Assembly (NCBI GenBank): GCA_035221665.1
Contig: CM069174.1
Coordinates: 10,726,001-10,790,000, forward strand
Length of the DNA: 64,000 bases
Direction of reading: 5' to 3'
DNA from: Okamejei kenojei
Lineage: Eukaryota
The notes below the pieces were generated by a model. It was not told where the DNA came from, made no database searches, and was given only the letters and a program-made list of their open reading frames with translations. Shown here piece by piece: positions 12,925 to 28,170 of this stretch (within the stretch, counting starts at the first letter, position 1; every line of letters starts with the position of its first letter). The position numbers were made by a program, and so were the translations under genes.

Positions 12925-13038
12925 TTAGAACATTCCTTTTGACTTCTTCAAGTTGATCTGTTTCCAGCTGGGCAGCGCAGCAAACACCTCTCTTGACAGG
13001 CCAAAAACCAGTTTGAAATCTTGGTCTGACAGGGAGTT
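12925..13038 (-). CDS. AVIL: Advillin coding exon 19 (villin headpiece, stop)
   Basis: [37 protein letters not shown]. Confidence 0.95.
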   Translation of the reverse strand, partial: NSLSDQDFKLVFGLSREVFAALPSWKQINLKKSKGMF

Positions 13039-13911
13039 CTGTGAAGGAAGTTTATGGGTTCAGTTTGAATTCTCTCCAGCCGTCAGTAACTTTCTCACCC
13101 CGTTGCACTGGGCACCCCTTTGAAAGTTCTCTGATCATTTTGGGGTTATTTAATGACACAGGTTTGGCTGTGTCATTGACAGGTTCCTCCCCACAAGGAA
13201 CTAAATTTTCTTTCCATCAACCTTGTGGCCTTTGCCCCTCTCATCCCCACAACAACCCACTCGGAACCCAGGTGCAGGTTCCTGCAGGATGTTCCTTGCC
13301 CGTCCCTTCCATTGGAGATAAATACTTAGATGTTCTATGTCGAGTTAGCTGATGCAAGTTTGCCGAGGCAACTGGGATGCTTCTATTGGCCTCTGTTTTG
13401 GGGCCTGGATTCCTACCTCTGATCCTCAACAAATAGTAGTTTAGACCCACCCCTGGTGAAAATAAGCAAGTGCAGTTGCTCAGTGTGTGGAGCCTGATCC
13501 ATCATTTGTGTAAGGTGTAGAGATGATCAGCTGTACGAGATGCATACATGAGGTTTACAGCATCAGCGCCAAAGGCTGCCGGCACACGCGGCAAATACTA
13601 CTTTGCTATTATTATCCTCAACAGAAGTAGTTCCCAAAAGAACATCACGTGGTACAGAGCAAGTATTCCACCACTTAATGTTGGCTTCAATGCCATTACC
13701 CGTGTTAAGAGTTTTTTTTAATCCTCGCCTCAAGATCACCCATCCCCATCAGCTTTCTCTCAAGCCCCTTGGCCTCCATGGATTAGTTAAGACGTGCACT
13801 TTGTGTTCATCACACTGGAGGCAACTAACAAAAGCAGATCCCACCTTCTGTCATGCCATGTGCTTTCAGTCTCTTACACTCCCAAGTGTCCATCCCTGTA
13901 TCTGGACTAAC

Positions 13912-14028
13912 CTCTTTGCTGGTTGGGTCGACACCTTCAGGCAATTCATGTCTTTGTTTGTTAATCAGTGCCTCTGGTGGGTAGTGCTTGTGGGTAGCTG
14001 CACAGTCTAAATCCACCTCAGCTAAATC
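13912..14028 (-). CDS. AVIL: Advillin coding exon 18
   Basis: DLAEVD...YPPEALINKQRHELPEGVDPTSKE. Confidence 0.93.
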
Positions 14029-15165
14029 CTGCAATAAATACGGTTTATTAATGGATTTGTTACTTTTTTAAAATCTCCACTTAAGATAGCCCATCATATA
14101 ATGTTAACTCTATACATCCACAGATTTTAATAGATTAGTCCACTTTTCTTGGTTCTTGGTCCTCCAAAATATTCCAAATGTAATTTAAACTGGAGGTGGT
14201 GGAGGGAGGACTTAAGCCAGAAAGGGTTTTTGATCCTGTAAAATTGTTCAGGTGATGAATCAAATTTACATTCTCTCTTCATCTCGATATTTCTTGATGC
14301 ATCCACGTTATTGATCTTGGCCTCGCATATACTCAGCAACCAAGCCTCTACAGCCCTCTGGGGGAACCAAATTACAAAGCTTCGCAACCCTCTGCATATT
14401 AATAGATTGAAGAGCAACTGGGTGGAAAATAAGGGGAGAAATAGATTTGGTGCAAAGCCAGGAGAATAAGATTGATCCATAAAGTATTTGCCTCTAATTA
14501 TCTTTTTTGATGCTAAAAGTTTATCTGCAACTTTGATTTGGCCTGTGGCATTTTACAGTAAAACAAGTCACGAAAGAGAATGGTCACAAGAGGAAATAAA
14601 ACCACCGCAGATCATATTACATTTTATAGTCTGTTACTTGCAGATTTGTGTACGACTCCAACTTGCCGAGGGTAGAACAGCACAGAGGATGAAAAGACTG
14701 AGAAGTCAAACCACCAAGCAGATGATTGAAACTTGTTTTAGTAGCCAAGAGATGGCAAAACTGAGAGAAATCAAGTTGGTGGGGTACAGGAATGGATGAT
14801 TTACACAGCAAGAATATTGCAGATTTAGGTACGGTAGGATAGTGGTTATGTTACTGAGCAAGTAACCAAGGGCCAGTACTGATGATCTCAAGACAATAGT
14901 TCCAGTGGGAATTTGAATTCAATTAATATATATTTTTAAATGGAATAAAAATGTAATCAATCACATTGACTACAAAACAATGTCCTTCAGGGAAGGAGAT
15001 CTCCCTTTATCCAGTCTAGCTCATTTCGGACTGCAAACCCACAGCATTGTGGATGACTCAGCAAGGAAACAACTGGGAATGGACAACAAATGGCAACACT
15101 TACATCCCATGAATGAACAAAAAAAAATTCCTAGACTTTGAAATGGTGAACCGAAGGATACTTAC

Positions 15166-15234
15166 AGTTGTGATCTGGACAATCGCTGCAGTGTCTCCAA
15201 GCTCTTTTTTCAATTGTTCGTATGTTTTACCACC
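15166..15234 (-). CDS. AVIL: Advillin coding exon 17
   Basis: GGKTYEQLKKELGDTAAIVQITT. Confidence 0.93.
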
Positions 15235-15806
15235 CTGGAAAAGACATTAGAACACAGGTATTGTGAGCTGGACTCCGAATTCGAGGGATAAGCTTACTTG
15301 GTTGAAATGAGCACCTCCAGTTCATATTTCTTTCCTATCCATTTAAAATTGAACTGGGCAATTAGATAGCATTATGTACTAAATCAGTGACAACAGTTTA
15401 GGGAGGCCTTGTTTTAAAGTTAGAGTTGATGTCACCTCTAGATATTGCTAACTGTTATAGAGTAATACAGCATCGAAACAGGCCGGTCTGCTTTTGCGTT
15501 CCAGCAGAGTATTGCTCCCAGGTCAATTCTCAAGCACCCATGTACTAATACAATTGAATTCATACTTGCATCTCAACTTGAGGCGACTATCAGAGTATAA
15601 AAAACTTAATCTGGATATTTTGGGGAAACGTTTACAACCTCCTGTGTCATTAATGCTTTCTCTACAAATTAGTGCTACAGTCTCTGGTATATTGTATGCG
15701 TCTAGCTTAGAGTCTGCTATTCTAAGCCCTGGTAGCGATGCACAGAATGTTGTTCTCCTGCCACTGAAAGTCTACGACAGACAGCCAAGGCTCTGAAGTT
15801 CCTTAC

Positions 15807-15995
15807 ACTACATTTGCTGATGTCCCATCCCACAAACCAGCCGGTGAACGTTGGTGGTTCAAAGCCCTGCTTGACGATGAATATGGGGGTGTCGATGTCC
15901 CGGCCGCTGGGGTGAGTCTTCAGGTACTCCTGCGCGGTTGTCAAGGATTGCTCTTTTTCCGTTTCATTTGCATTTTTGCCGATCCACAGAAAAAT
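15807..15995 (-). CDS. AVIL: Advillin coding exon 16
   Basis: [14 protein letters not shown]...[14 protein letters not shown]. Confidence 0.96.
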
Positions 15996-16369
15996 CTGCA
16001 GAACAGCAAGGGGCAGGAATCCAAGCACGATTAAAACAAGTCAGACTTAGAGTCACAGAGTGATACAGTGTGGAAACAGGCCCTTCGGCCCAACTCGCCC
16101 AACCATGTCCCAGCTACACCAGTCCCACTTGCCTGTGCTTGGTCCATATCCCTCCCAACCTGTCCTATCCATGTACCTGTCTGTTTCTTAAACGATGGGG
16201 TAGTCCCAGCCTCAACTACCTCCTCTGGCAGCTTGTTCCATACACCCACCACCCTTTGTGTGAAAATGTTACCCCTTGGATTCCTATTAAGTCCTTTCCC
16301 CTTCACCTTGAACATATGTCCTCTAGTCCTCGATTCCCCTACTCTGGCCAAAATCTTTTTGACCACCTC

Positions 16370-17043
16370 ATCTACCTGCGACTCGACCATCCAGGAACCA
16401 TGCACCTGTACTCCTAGATCCCTCTACTCTGTAACACTACCCAGAGGCCGACCATTTACTGTGTAGGTCCTGCCCTTGTTCGAGATCCCAAAATGCAACA
16501 CCTCGCACTTCTCTGTATTAAATTCCATCAACCGTTCCTCCACCCACCTCCAGATCCTGCTGCAATCGTTCACAACCATTTTCACTATCTGCAAAACCAC
16601 TAACATTTGTATCATCAGCAAACTTGCTAATCTTGCTCTGCATGTTGTCATCCAAATCATTGATGTAGATGACAAACAGTAACGGGCCCAGCACCGAACC
16701 CCGAGACACACCACTAGTCACAGCCATCCAGTCTGAAAAACAACATCCCACCATTACCCTCTGCTTGCTTCCATGGAGCCAATTTTCTATCCATTCAGCT
16801 ATCTCCTTGGATCCCATGCAATCTAACCTTCCAGAGCAGCCTACCATGTGTAACCTTGTCGAATAACTTACTGAAGTCCATGTGCACAACATCTTGGTCA
16901 CGTCTTCAATCAGATTTATGAGACACGACCTCCCACGTACAAAACCATGTTGACGATCCCTAATCATCCCTTGCCCATCCAAATACCTGTATATCCTATC
17001 CCTCATAATACTCTCCTGTAACTTACCAACTACAGATGTTAAG
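16370..17043 (-). mobile_element. Degraded CR1 reverse transcriptase fragment in an AVIL intron
   Basis: QHGFVRGRSCLINL...[21 protein letters not shown]...KFADDT. Confidence 0.9.
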
Positions 17044-17497
17044 TTCAGATTTAAGCTTTCAAATTCCCACAGGGTCTTTCAGCTCCCGGTTCTTTAGCTC
17101 CAAGTAAACCCCTCCTCCCCACAGACTGAGCAAAGATGGCAGATTTCTTGCACCGGAAGGACATTATGAAATAAGTGGCTTTTTAACGACATTACAGTCG
17201 ATTTTAAAGAGATGAGCTCCAATTCCAGATTGATACCATTTTTAAAATTTTAATTTTCCCAGCGACTGTGGTGAGATTCAAACTTCTGTTATTGGTCTCA
17301 GACTCTTGTCTATTTGTCCAGTAATTCATTCCCTCACGAGATTGAAGAGACATACTCAGGATAAAGACCTTTGCCTCAGTGGGATAGATTGGCCCTTCAT
17401 CCTAGTCGATTACAGACTGGCTGGGCACAGAAAGCCAGTAATCTCACTTTCAGGTAACTACTTGACAACTGCATTTCCACTGGTCAGTTCCATTTAC

Positions 17498-17642
17498 CTG
17501 ATCCCATGTATCCAAGAGCATGACATCATCTTCACTTAGGTCTTCCTGAGTGAAATTTGTGATCTCTTCTGCGATGAATCTCCCCGTTTTGTTGGAACAT
17601 TCAAACAGACGGGATTGATAATCCACATTTTCCTCTTGTAGT
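17498..17642 (-). CDS. AVIL: Advillin coding exon 15
   Basis: [22 protein letters not shown]...[11 protein letters not shown]. Confidence 0.96.
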
Positions 17643-18447
17643 CTGCACAGGAATAAAAGTATTCTTCACAATGGACAGAGATAATTTGCAGAACACGAGC
17701 ACAGTCCCATTTCCTATCATGAAGGGTCAGCATATCCTCAACTACCTTGCAGGGGGGTGAGGAGGAGGAGGAGGGAAGGGTGCTCCTGGCTACTGTTGAT
17801 TCCTGGAATCGTATTAGCTAGGTGTTCCAAAGCACTGGTGAATCAAATTATAAAAGAGCTTCCGTCATAAACATCATGAAGCAGTGGAAATGAGGAAGAT
17901 TGGAAATAGTTGCCCCCCCCCAAAGCTTGGAGGCAATGCTGTTGCCACTGCTCGCTCAAGCCAAAGCCCCGGCTCCACCTTCTCCAAAAGAAGTTCAGTA
18001 ACCAAGAGGCAGGGATTTTAAATAACTGGTCTAGTGGTTAGAAGGCCGATGAAAAACGCTAGCAGAGGTGTAGAATTCCCTGCCTGAAAGGGTGGCGAGG
18101 CAGAAACCCCTCCACACACGAGCAGGACGTGTATGTGGACTTGAAGGACTGGCCTGCAGGACAAGACCCAGAGTGGCTGTTCTCAATTGCCATGGACACA
18201 CTAGGCTGAATGGCTTAATTCGAGTCAAAGAGCCAATTGCTATCAGTGGCCTGCAAGGGGTCATGAGAGAATAATAGTCAGAGACGGGGTAGGACCTCAA
18301 TGATGCCCATTCCCTGGATGGTCGCCCGCTTACACTTCCTATCTGAGTGCTGAAAGGACACATAACCAAAGTAGCAACCCAAGGAACTTTAGCTCAGCTG
18401 TGAGAAAGGACACGAAGAAAACAATGGTTGGAAGATTCGCCTTTTAC

Positions 18448-18593
18448 CTTTTGTCATTTGCATAAGGTGCCTTTCCACCAAGCGCTTCCCAAAATTCCAA
18501 TGGTTCTTGGCCCTCAGCAACAGTGGCCTCGTTTCCATTGGACATAATGGCAGCCAATTCCTTTGCCATTTCACGTTCGTCCCCACTGGAGCC
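18448..18593 (-). CDS. AVIL: Advillin coding exon 14
   Basis: [14 protein letters not shown]...[22 protein letters not shown]. Confidence 0.96.
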
Positions 18594-18775
18594 CTACAAA
18601 TATGAAGAGAAAAATCTGAACCAAACCCTTAAACTTCCAGCAGTATTATTTCCCGATTGCAGCAGCTCTAACTATAGATTGAGGATTGAACCAATAAAGT
18701 TAGCCATGCCAAAAGGGGTTGCTCTTATCCCAAGTTTGGTTGATATTGTGTCACTTGTAGTTTCAATTCTTTTAC

Positions 18776-18955
18776 CTTCCCAAACCACAGGTAGCGAATT
18801 GTTTTGGTCGTTAGAAGAAAAACATCATTTGAGTTCAAGGATGAAGCGTAGGGCAGGACCTCGAATGCTTTGCTGCTAGACTTATCGAAGCTGTGGATCT
18901 GAAAAAGTCTGACGAGCGGCTCTTCTTGTTGGCCGCTCTTCCTCGAAGTGCCCCC
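18776..18955 (-). CDS. AVIL: Advillin coding exon 13
   Basis: [21 protein letters not shown]...[12 protein letters not shown]...YLWFGK. Confidence 0.95.
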
Positions 18956-20191
18956 CTAATAAATGATCAAAAGATAACACTTTGTAAATGAGCACGGTAG
19001 TTATTATTATTATTTTTTTTAAATAGTAGTTCCTCCATTCATAAATTGGTTGACAAATACTTGGTGATACAACAACCCAGTTCAACAGTGAAGATTGAGA
19101 ACAAGTTTGGGATCCATTTGAAAAAAAATGAGATGGAACTCATGCTGTGTAGGCAAAAAATAAGAGTACAATTTAAAAAAAAAAAAATCACAGTGAGACC
19201 AACTCTCAAACAGAATAATGCACCACACAGGGCAAACAGCCTATTGTATCTGTACCAACGTATTGCTCAGGCAAAACAAATGTAATCCTATCTTGCATAC
19301 ACATGCAGGACTACAGGAAGAGTGCAACTATAAATTGTTTGCATTCTACCCCATAAAAGGACACCGTCTCTCTCTACTGTCAACAACATACAAGTTTTAA
19401 ATCAATCGCTTGCATTAGTTTGTGTATATCCTGCCACTTAATTTAGAGCTGTTTGTTCAGTCAGCAGCATATATCTTTTAGTTGGCAGAGGTAAATAAAA
19501 GTATATAATTCACCTTTGACCTTTCACATTTCCCCCCTTTTCGGAAGGTTTTGGCACAAACCAGAATATGGGTCAACATGTCCTCCATGTGCAAGTTGGC
19601 TAATTGATTGTGAAGGGCATTACCAGCCAAGTCTGACACCCATGGCCCCGTCACCCATGACTCTGCACATGGCCTTCTGCCCGATAATGATTAGACTCTT
19701 GGCTGATGTTTTATTTTTCACATAGGAAGTAAATGATGACTCGCCTCTATAGCCCAAGGTCAGTGATTTAGACAAACTTGCATTTATATTCTGCATGACT
19801 TCTCTCAGATGCAGCCTTTACGAACAGGGAATTATTCTGACATGAAGACTATTTTCATTGGCAATATACAAACCAAAAAGGCCTATCAAGTAGCAAGAAG
19901 AATGGCTGTTTTTAGTGGTGTTGGTTGAGAGAAGAACCATGGAAGGGTCTCAGCTCATTGTGCTTTGGGACCTTTAACAACTACACAAAGCACCATAGGA
20001 ATTATCCAAGACCTTGGTTAAATATCTAACAACGTGGCATTGCCTTGGTTCAGGTCACTTGTGGCGACCTAAACAAAGGCAACCGATTTAATGTGACTTG
20101 GGATCAAATCTGGAAAAACATTATATTCAGTTCTGTGCCACTGTTAACCCTGATTTTAATCCCATACGTCCATATTAAACCAGCTACTTAC

Positions 20192-20350
20192 TTCAAAGAT
20201 GATCAGTTTGCCCTGGAAGATGGTCATGAAGTGCCGTGGCTCCTTCCCCATGGTGACCCGAACCTGCACTGGTTTATCACCGAACCTCTGGTCAATCTGG
20301 ACCGCCTGATATGCTGAGGCAGTCAATTCATCTTGTGTGGCATGACGACC
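20192..20350 (-). CDS. AVIL: Advillin coding exon 12
   Basis: [17 protein letters not shown]...[27 protein letters not shown]. Confidence 0.96.
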
Positions 20351-22042
20351 CTAGGAGAGCAGTCACTAACTTGGTTAAAGATACTCATAACTCGAGTTAT
20401 TGCTCACCAGTGCCTGGAAATTGGACCACCCCGTTATGGTAAGCCAAATGGGTGCTGCAGGAAGCAATGGTGCACAACTGAATGGCCCCCAAACAATTGG
20501 AAAACTGGAGAAAACCACCATTTAAAAAAACAATCTCTGGGGGTGGTTTTCACCCCAAATCTTGCAGAACTTTACATGCGCAGTTCCCAACAGCAGCTGA
20601 CTGTGCAGCTCACTGCTACTGTGTCAATGCCACACAGACTGCTCTTAAATGTACACTCTTCACAACAGCAGAAAGCATTACAGTGGAAGAGAGGGAAATT
20701 GGCCTGAGGCTTCAGGGGGAAAACTAAATAATTACTTTTGCAATGCGATGGACTAGTCCACCCAAAGGCCAAGCCATTGCTAGTAAAGGGTTCAAAGCGC
20801 CAGTAATCACAGAATTTTAACTACACATTATAGAACCACTGGTGACCGATTATTGTATGTGCTGCCGGGGGACAAAAGTGGTGCAGACACAAATCTCAGC
20901 AGAGGCTGTGGGCAAAACATCACTGCCCCAGTGGGAACTCTTAATTCGTTTATCTTTGCCAACTTACCACAGGAGATGCTCTTCATTTTACTGATTATAG
21001 CAAAGACGGTTGTCAAAGGATACAGCAGAATGTAGATCAGTTGGAATTTGGGACAGAAATGGTAGACAAATGTGAGGGAGTGCATTAGAGGGTCGAATGC
21101 AAGAAGTACAAAGTAAGTAAAAATGTTGATGTACAGAGTGATCTTGGGGCACAAGACCAGAGCTCCCCAAAATTGGCAGCAGAAGTGGATCAGGTGTAAA
21201 GTAGGTGTATGGAATACTTGCCTTCATTGGTCTTAGCATTTACTACAAAAGTCAAGAAGACTTGTTGCGGTTATATAAAACTGTAGTTAGGCCGTGTTTG
21301 GAGTGTTATGTGCAGTTCTGGTCACCACACTATAGGAATAATGTGGAGGCTTTAGATGCAGTAAAGGTTCACCAAGTTATTGTCAGAATGGGAGTGCATT
21401 ATCTATAAGGTGATGGTGGACAATGTTGGATTCCTTTCCTTAGAGCACATGAGGCAGAGGGGTGACCTGGTAGAATTATGAGAGGCATAGGTTGGGTAGA
21501 TAGTAAAGTCTTACCCCCCCCCCACCCCCCCCCAGATAGAAACATTAAATAGAGGGGACAAATATAAAGGGCAAGATGGGGACATTTAAAAGGAGAAAAG
21601 CGAGCAAGATTTTAAAGAAAAGTATAAGTGGCTAGAACATGATGTTTTAGTAATGGTGAGATAATGATCACCACAAACACGACTAGATTATCTTAAGAAC
21701 CATCTGGTTTACTAATGTCTGCTGACCTTGCTTTGTATGGGTGTCTCTAAATGCCTTGTGAAATGGCCCAGCAAGCACCCAGTTATACCAGTACCATACT
21801 GGTTCAAATCATTATAATTAACAGAAACACATCATAGCTATTATTTCTATTTCCTCAGGAATTGGGCAAATCATGGATGCATCAGGACAGAGTGCAAAAG
21901 CCTGGCATCTTGAAAATGTGTTGGTTGCAAAAATGAAATGAGTACGCAAACTGGACACTAAGCACAACTTAAAAGTCACAACTGGAAGTCTGTTGTCGGT
22001 TGGTTTATGATGTGTTCTTGTGCATGTTTCAAATAACCATAC

Positions 22043-22180
22043 CTGCCAAATGTAGAGGATAAAATGCTCCTTCCTATTCACTAGATAAGTGTACAAGATC
22101 AGATAGCAGTCGCCGCCATAGAAATATCCATATGTGTTTGGGTCCACGGGAACCAGTTCAAGGTTCTCTATTCTCCAAAC
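22043..22180 (-). CDS. AVIL: Advillin coding exon 11
   Basis: [32 protein letters not shown]...LYIWQ. Confidence 0.96.
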
Positions 22181-22858
22181 CTACAATTAAAAGAGCAAGT
22201 CAGAGTTCATTAGCTTCGTGGCCAGAGGAAGCAGAGGGTGTATGTTTAGAAGAATGAGAGGTGACCACATTGAAACTAAATTCTTACAGGGTTTAACAGG
22301 GTGGGATATGGAGGATAGACACAAAGTGCTGGAGTAACTGAGTGGGTCAGGCAGCATCTCTGAAGAAAAAGGATGGGTGACCTTTCGGGTCAAGACCCTT
22401 CTTCAAACATGGATTTATGGAGGAGATATTTCAGCTGGTGGGGTAGTTTAAAAATCAGTGTCACTACCTCAAAATAAAAGGCAGGTTACTTTGGACTGAA
22501 ATAAGGAGACATTTCTTCTCTCGTGTGATGGTGAATCTTTGGAAGGTGTTTCCAAGGAGGACTGTGGCAGCTCGATCAATGATTCTACTTAGAACTCAGA
22601 TCAATAGATTTCAGATGACTGAATGATGGGATATGTGAAAAGGTAGGAATATTGATGCCGATTATCTTGTTGAAAAGTGGAACTGGTCTGAGTGGCCGAG
22701 GGGCATGTACCTACTCTAATATCTTACATCCATTGGTTTTTACATCAGACATCTATCTTTACAGTTTCAATTCATTCATCTGGAACAATGTCTTCATTGG
22801 TTCCACCATCTTTATACTTCACGGCTCTCAATGCTAATCTTTAGTAATAATACTGTAC

Positions 22859-22959
22859 CTCAGTTTTCCCTGTACCATCATCAACCATCCTCTCTTGAGC
22901 AGCCATCACCGGAATGGCATGCATTCGGGTAGCATCAAACTTCTGTTGGCTAATCTTGG
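22859..22959 (-). CDS. AVIL: Advillin coding exon 10
   Basis: [33 protein letters not shown]. Confidence 0.95.
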
Positions 22960-23443
22960 CTGGAAAGGGAACAGATGCAGCAAAAGATTAGCAATGTTAT
23001 GAACTCCTAAAGAGTAACACGGGCCTAGGTCCCGGCCATTCAGCCCATTTTACCATGGCTGATCTTAACTCTGTCCATTCCCCTTAGTTCTATATCTACA
23101 TTGGACTTTTAAGGCTATATATATATATTTTCTGGATTCTGTGCATCAGAACCATAAATGGTACTCCGCATGGTCAAACCAGGCCTCTGTATGGATGTAG
23201 TAAACGTTTTTTCGCCCCATTAGATTCTAGATTTCCAGTTCTTTGTGCACCATTCCATGGGAAGGGCCGGATTGTCAATGCAAAGTACTTCCGAGAACCA
23301 CTCACACAAAGGTGGCAGTCCCATATTTCCTGAGAAGTCCCTGTCATGCTCATTGTGACCCACTCCAAGTCATACCCCTGCTGAAATTTGCAGTTACACT
23401 TAAAGACCAAGAAACTATGATTTGTACATGACAGCTACAGTTA

Positions 23444-23914
<471 letters not shown>

Positions 23915-24931
23915 TCAAACTAATAGGTAAATGGATTAGGGGGAAAACAAAGGAACATTTTCTCCACTCAGTAGGTGGTATTGGTATGGTTTCTTATTTT
24001 CTCATCTCAGTCTGAGGGGGGGGGAGAGAGAATGGAAGCCAAAACTTTCATTACATTAAAAAAAAAATGTCTGGATGTACTGCAGCTCTATGGACTCAGA
24101 GCAGGTAGGTGGATTTAGACTGGGTTGCACTGACTAGCATGGATACGACAGGCCAAATGGCCTCTTTTGTCATTGTCCCCCCCCCCAAATTCTATTCAGT
24201 CTGGTTCTATTCGTAATTTCCGACCAGGGAACGACGAACTTCAAGTAGCTCAGGCGATGGAACCAGAGCAAATTTTCAGCTCTCGCATTCAGCAGGCATT
24301 GCAGAGTGGGCAATGAGTATAGAAGTTGGGACATTATGTCACAGTTGTACAAGGCATTGGTGAAGCCACACTTGGAGTACTGGGTTCAGTTTTAAATCAT
24401 ACTGCTATAGGAAGGGGTGCCATTAAGCTGGAAAGAGTGCAGAGAAGATTCACAAGGATGTTGCCAGGACTCGAGATACAACATTTATAGGGAGAGGTTG
24501 AGAGATAGAGAGAAAATAGTTGAGAATTCCCACTACACAAAACCACATCTGCATATCTTTAAGAAATGAGTGTTGAAATAAATTAAAGTATCTTTCTCCC
24601 TCCCCCCCCCCCCCCCCAATCTAAATTCTGCAAGATACATTTTTATTCCATATCTCTGACTATCTCAAAACTTTGGGTCACGATCTGCAAATTCTGCTGG
24701 GGTAAATTTCTCTTTCCCAAACAGGTGAAACACACGCTGCACAAACGAGGTTTACCTCAGGCTAACACTGGACTGCACATTCACTTGCACAAGCCATACT
24801 GAAAAAAGTGAGAAGTCAGTCACCAAAATATCATCTGGACGTTTGCAAATTCACAATTAAAGTACAGCCACCCACAATGGTCATTGGAAGGATCACCATC
24901 TAAACACTGCAGTCATTTCTATTGTACTTAC

Positions 24932-25030
24932 CAGGGCTCTAGACATTGCAGCCCGTTTTTCCATCTTTGTAGCTCGTTTTCCTTTCCAGACATAAATCTT
25001 GGTTCCACCTTGGTCCAGAATGAAGCAATC
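24932..25030 (-). CDS. AVIL: Advillin coding exon 8
   Basis: [33 protein letters not shown]. Confidence 0.96.
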
Positions 25031-25358
25031 CTGGAAGATATTGAACAGGTTCATATTTTTAAATGCAAGAACCCCGTTGGAAGTAATATATATGACCACT
25101 GTACATAGGATGCAAGTTTCATTGGAAGTCCAACAAGGTCTTGAGAATAAAACTCAATGAAAATGTCCACATATTTCCTCCGTTACTTACTATCCCTGCA
25201 GGTAGCAGTCTGATAACAGTTGCAAGACTGTCAGTGTTAAATCGTGGCTAAAGACCTAGGGCTTGTGACATGTGGTTCAATTAGTTGGTATCAGCAATAA
25301 AGAGGACAGTGGAAAGAGAAGAGCCCTACCATGTACGGCTAATGTGCTGGGTACTCAC

Positions 25359-25437
25359 ATTGTGATCTAGCATGTCCTGGTCGAGAGGCCTTGTGGCAAC
25401 TTCTGTGACCTTCATTTGTCCATCAGCATCTGAAACA
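25359..25437 (-). CDS. AVIL: Advillin coding exon 7
   Basis: VSDADGQMKVTEVATRPLDQDMLDHN. Confidence 0.94.
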
Positions 25438-25640
25438 CTGAGTTATCAAGTTTTGTTTTAAATTGGTGCTTGCAGCTATCATTTAGTTTGAAAGCTATAC
25501 AAAATAATGCAGCAGTGCTCCAATCCAGTTCACCATAGAATAATAGATACATACTTCATAAATCTACTGTACTATATAAAACATGCTCCATGCAATATTC
25601 TATATTTACAATTTTATACAAAAACCACACCCAATCTTAC

Positions 25641-25846
25641 TGGTAGAGGCTAAGGTTGGCCTTCTGCTGCTGATCTGCTTTCTCATCAAGTGTTGATGGG
25701 TTAATTTTATTTGTCCTTTCCCCAAGAAACTTTGCCAAAACCTTCATCAGCTCAGGAGAATTTGGTTCCTGGTCGCCTTCGATTACTCCGATGCCTGCAC
25801 GCCCACCTCGCTCCCGATCTCTAATATCCTTCGCGAGTTGCATGCC
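25641..25846 (-). CDS. AVIL: Advillin coding exon 6
   Basis: [25 protein letters not shown]...NLSLY. Confidence 0.96.
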
Positions 25847-26889
25847 CTGTGTCAAGAGCAAACGGGAGTTCAAAAGAACCATTAACTAGTGTAATTTCTG
25901 TGAGGAAGGGCTGTGTTTATAGTCTCTGGACATCCCAAAGCCTTTGAAATCAACATATTTTTCCAAATATTTGTAGTGTAGGAAGCACCCCAGCTTATCT
26001 GTGCAAAGCAAGTTCCCACACACAGCAATGTGATAATAGTTAGAGCCTCTGTGTATCTTTTATATCCACTTGATGGGGTGAAGGGAGATTTCATTTGGTA
26101 TCTGATCGGAAAGACAGTGAGCACACCTGCAATTCTGCAAGGAGAGTGTCAAATTGTGTTCAAGGTCACTGGAGTGGAGCCCAAACCTCCCACCTTCTGG
26201 CTCAGAGACGAGGGTGACACCCACTGAACTATGGCCGACAAATAAAGATGCCAGAGTTAAGTAGCAGGGGATCTCACTGCGCAAAGAACCAGCACAGTCA
26301 CATTTCATATCATCTGGAAAATTGAACCAGCATTTTGGATCATGAGTCACCGTTACGACTCTAATGGATATTCTGTGCTGGAGTGCATGTGATGAGCGCA
26401 ATTCCCTGTGCAACGTCCTTTTGGAGTATTGTGAGAGCACATGGATGCCATGGTCCTGAGGACTTGCATTGTACAACGCTGTATTACTCCTGCAGTGTTC
26501 ACCTGAGAGGCCCTCAACACTTGTCAAAACCCTTGCATTCTCCCTACATTACATTAAACCCACAACACCCCCAGATGTTCAGGAAGGACTAACTGGGTCC
26601 TCATTCACCACCACCACAAGCCATCGCAATGCAATTTGCTACTGGCAGATCTCCTGACCTCCGGTCACCGCACTACCACCCCTCCTCCCCAGTGCCAGTG
26701 TGATCTCTCCTTCACCCACACAATTCAAACACAACCACAGAGAAGTTAGTTAAGGCAAAAAAAAAAAAAAAAAAAATGTACAACAGTTAGTTTGTATTGA
26801 CCAGGATAGAAGTAATTTCCACACCCCAATGCAACAACACCATTCTAAGATATCCTTTAGGGTGCATCAGTACTTCAAAGCAGTGGTAC

Positions 26890-27000
26890 CTTCAACCGTT
26901 CCATTCTGTTACTCTCTGGCCCATTCCACTGAACAATGACTTTGCCAACATCCAAAAGAAAGACATCACCCAAGTTGAAACTCTCCCAACTCATTTCAAC
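26890..27000 (-). CDS. AVIL: Advillin coding exon 5
   Basis: [37 protein letters not shown]. Confidence 0.96.
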
Positions 27001-27352
27001 CTGTAAGCAAGAGCACACATTAGAGCACTTATCGTTCATGGTAAGCTCCATTATTGGTCATCTGCAATAGGCTGGATAGATCAGTCAGTTGAGATTTGTA
27101 GTCAAGACCCCAGAAGGTGTTTTCATCTTTTGGGGGCATTTATAACAAGCACCACAGAGTGTGTGGTGAAATGGGAGATCCTCCAAATGCATGATACTGG
27201 GAAAGAACACCACTGTCAATGCACAGTGAAGATCTTTCTTGCAATCAACCTTCTCCGGCAAAATACATAGTCCAGAGAGATGCCCATGCCTAAACTATGG
27301 TCTTGATACAGCGAACGTTTACCCCACTTGGCTGCCGGCAGAACTGGAGTTA

Positions 27353-27565
<213 letters not shown>

Positions 27566-28170
27566 TCATACACAGCACAGGAGTTTCCAAAGCTGGTGGG
27601 TAAGCATGATAGCAAGGATGTTCGAGTTTTGCAGAGTAAAAGTAGAGGATCAAAAACCTTTTTTCACCGAGCTGCCAATCTACACGGGATCCACTGAAGC
27701 CATATCCAGTAGGCCATCCATGAGATATTATCAGAACACGTAGAATTTCACTTCACCATTAACCTAGGAACTCACATTTGGCTCAATTTGTGGTGTAGAA
27801 GGATGTGTCAGGAGCAGCCCCATTTTCACCACAGTATCATTGAAACACCTAGGTCAGTTGATAAAAGGTCAGTAACCAAAACACCAGCTAATTTCCTCTC
27901 CAATTAAGGGGCACAGGGGCTTTTGTAATCTTCCTTCCACTTTTCTATAATTTTGAAACAAGATTTTCATTTTTTTGCCAGTGGCTATGAAAAGGAAGTG
28001 AAACTTCTGTACATTGTGTAGCATTTGGTAAAAGCTGCACAATGCAGAACAGAGCAGAATTAGCTCACAACCCAAGCAAAGACAGCAATGTACACAAGTA
28101 AAAATACAGTAGAGCTCAGAGAGGCATAATGTCTCTCAGTCCCCCATTCACAGCACGAGAAAGGACGCAC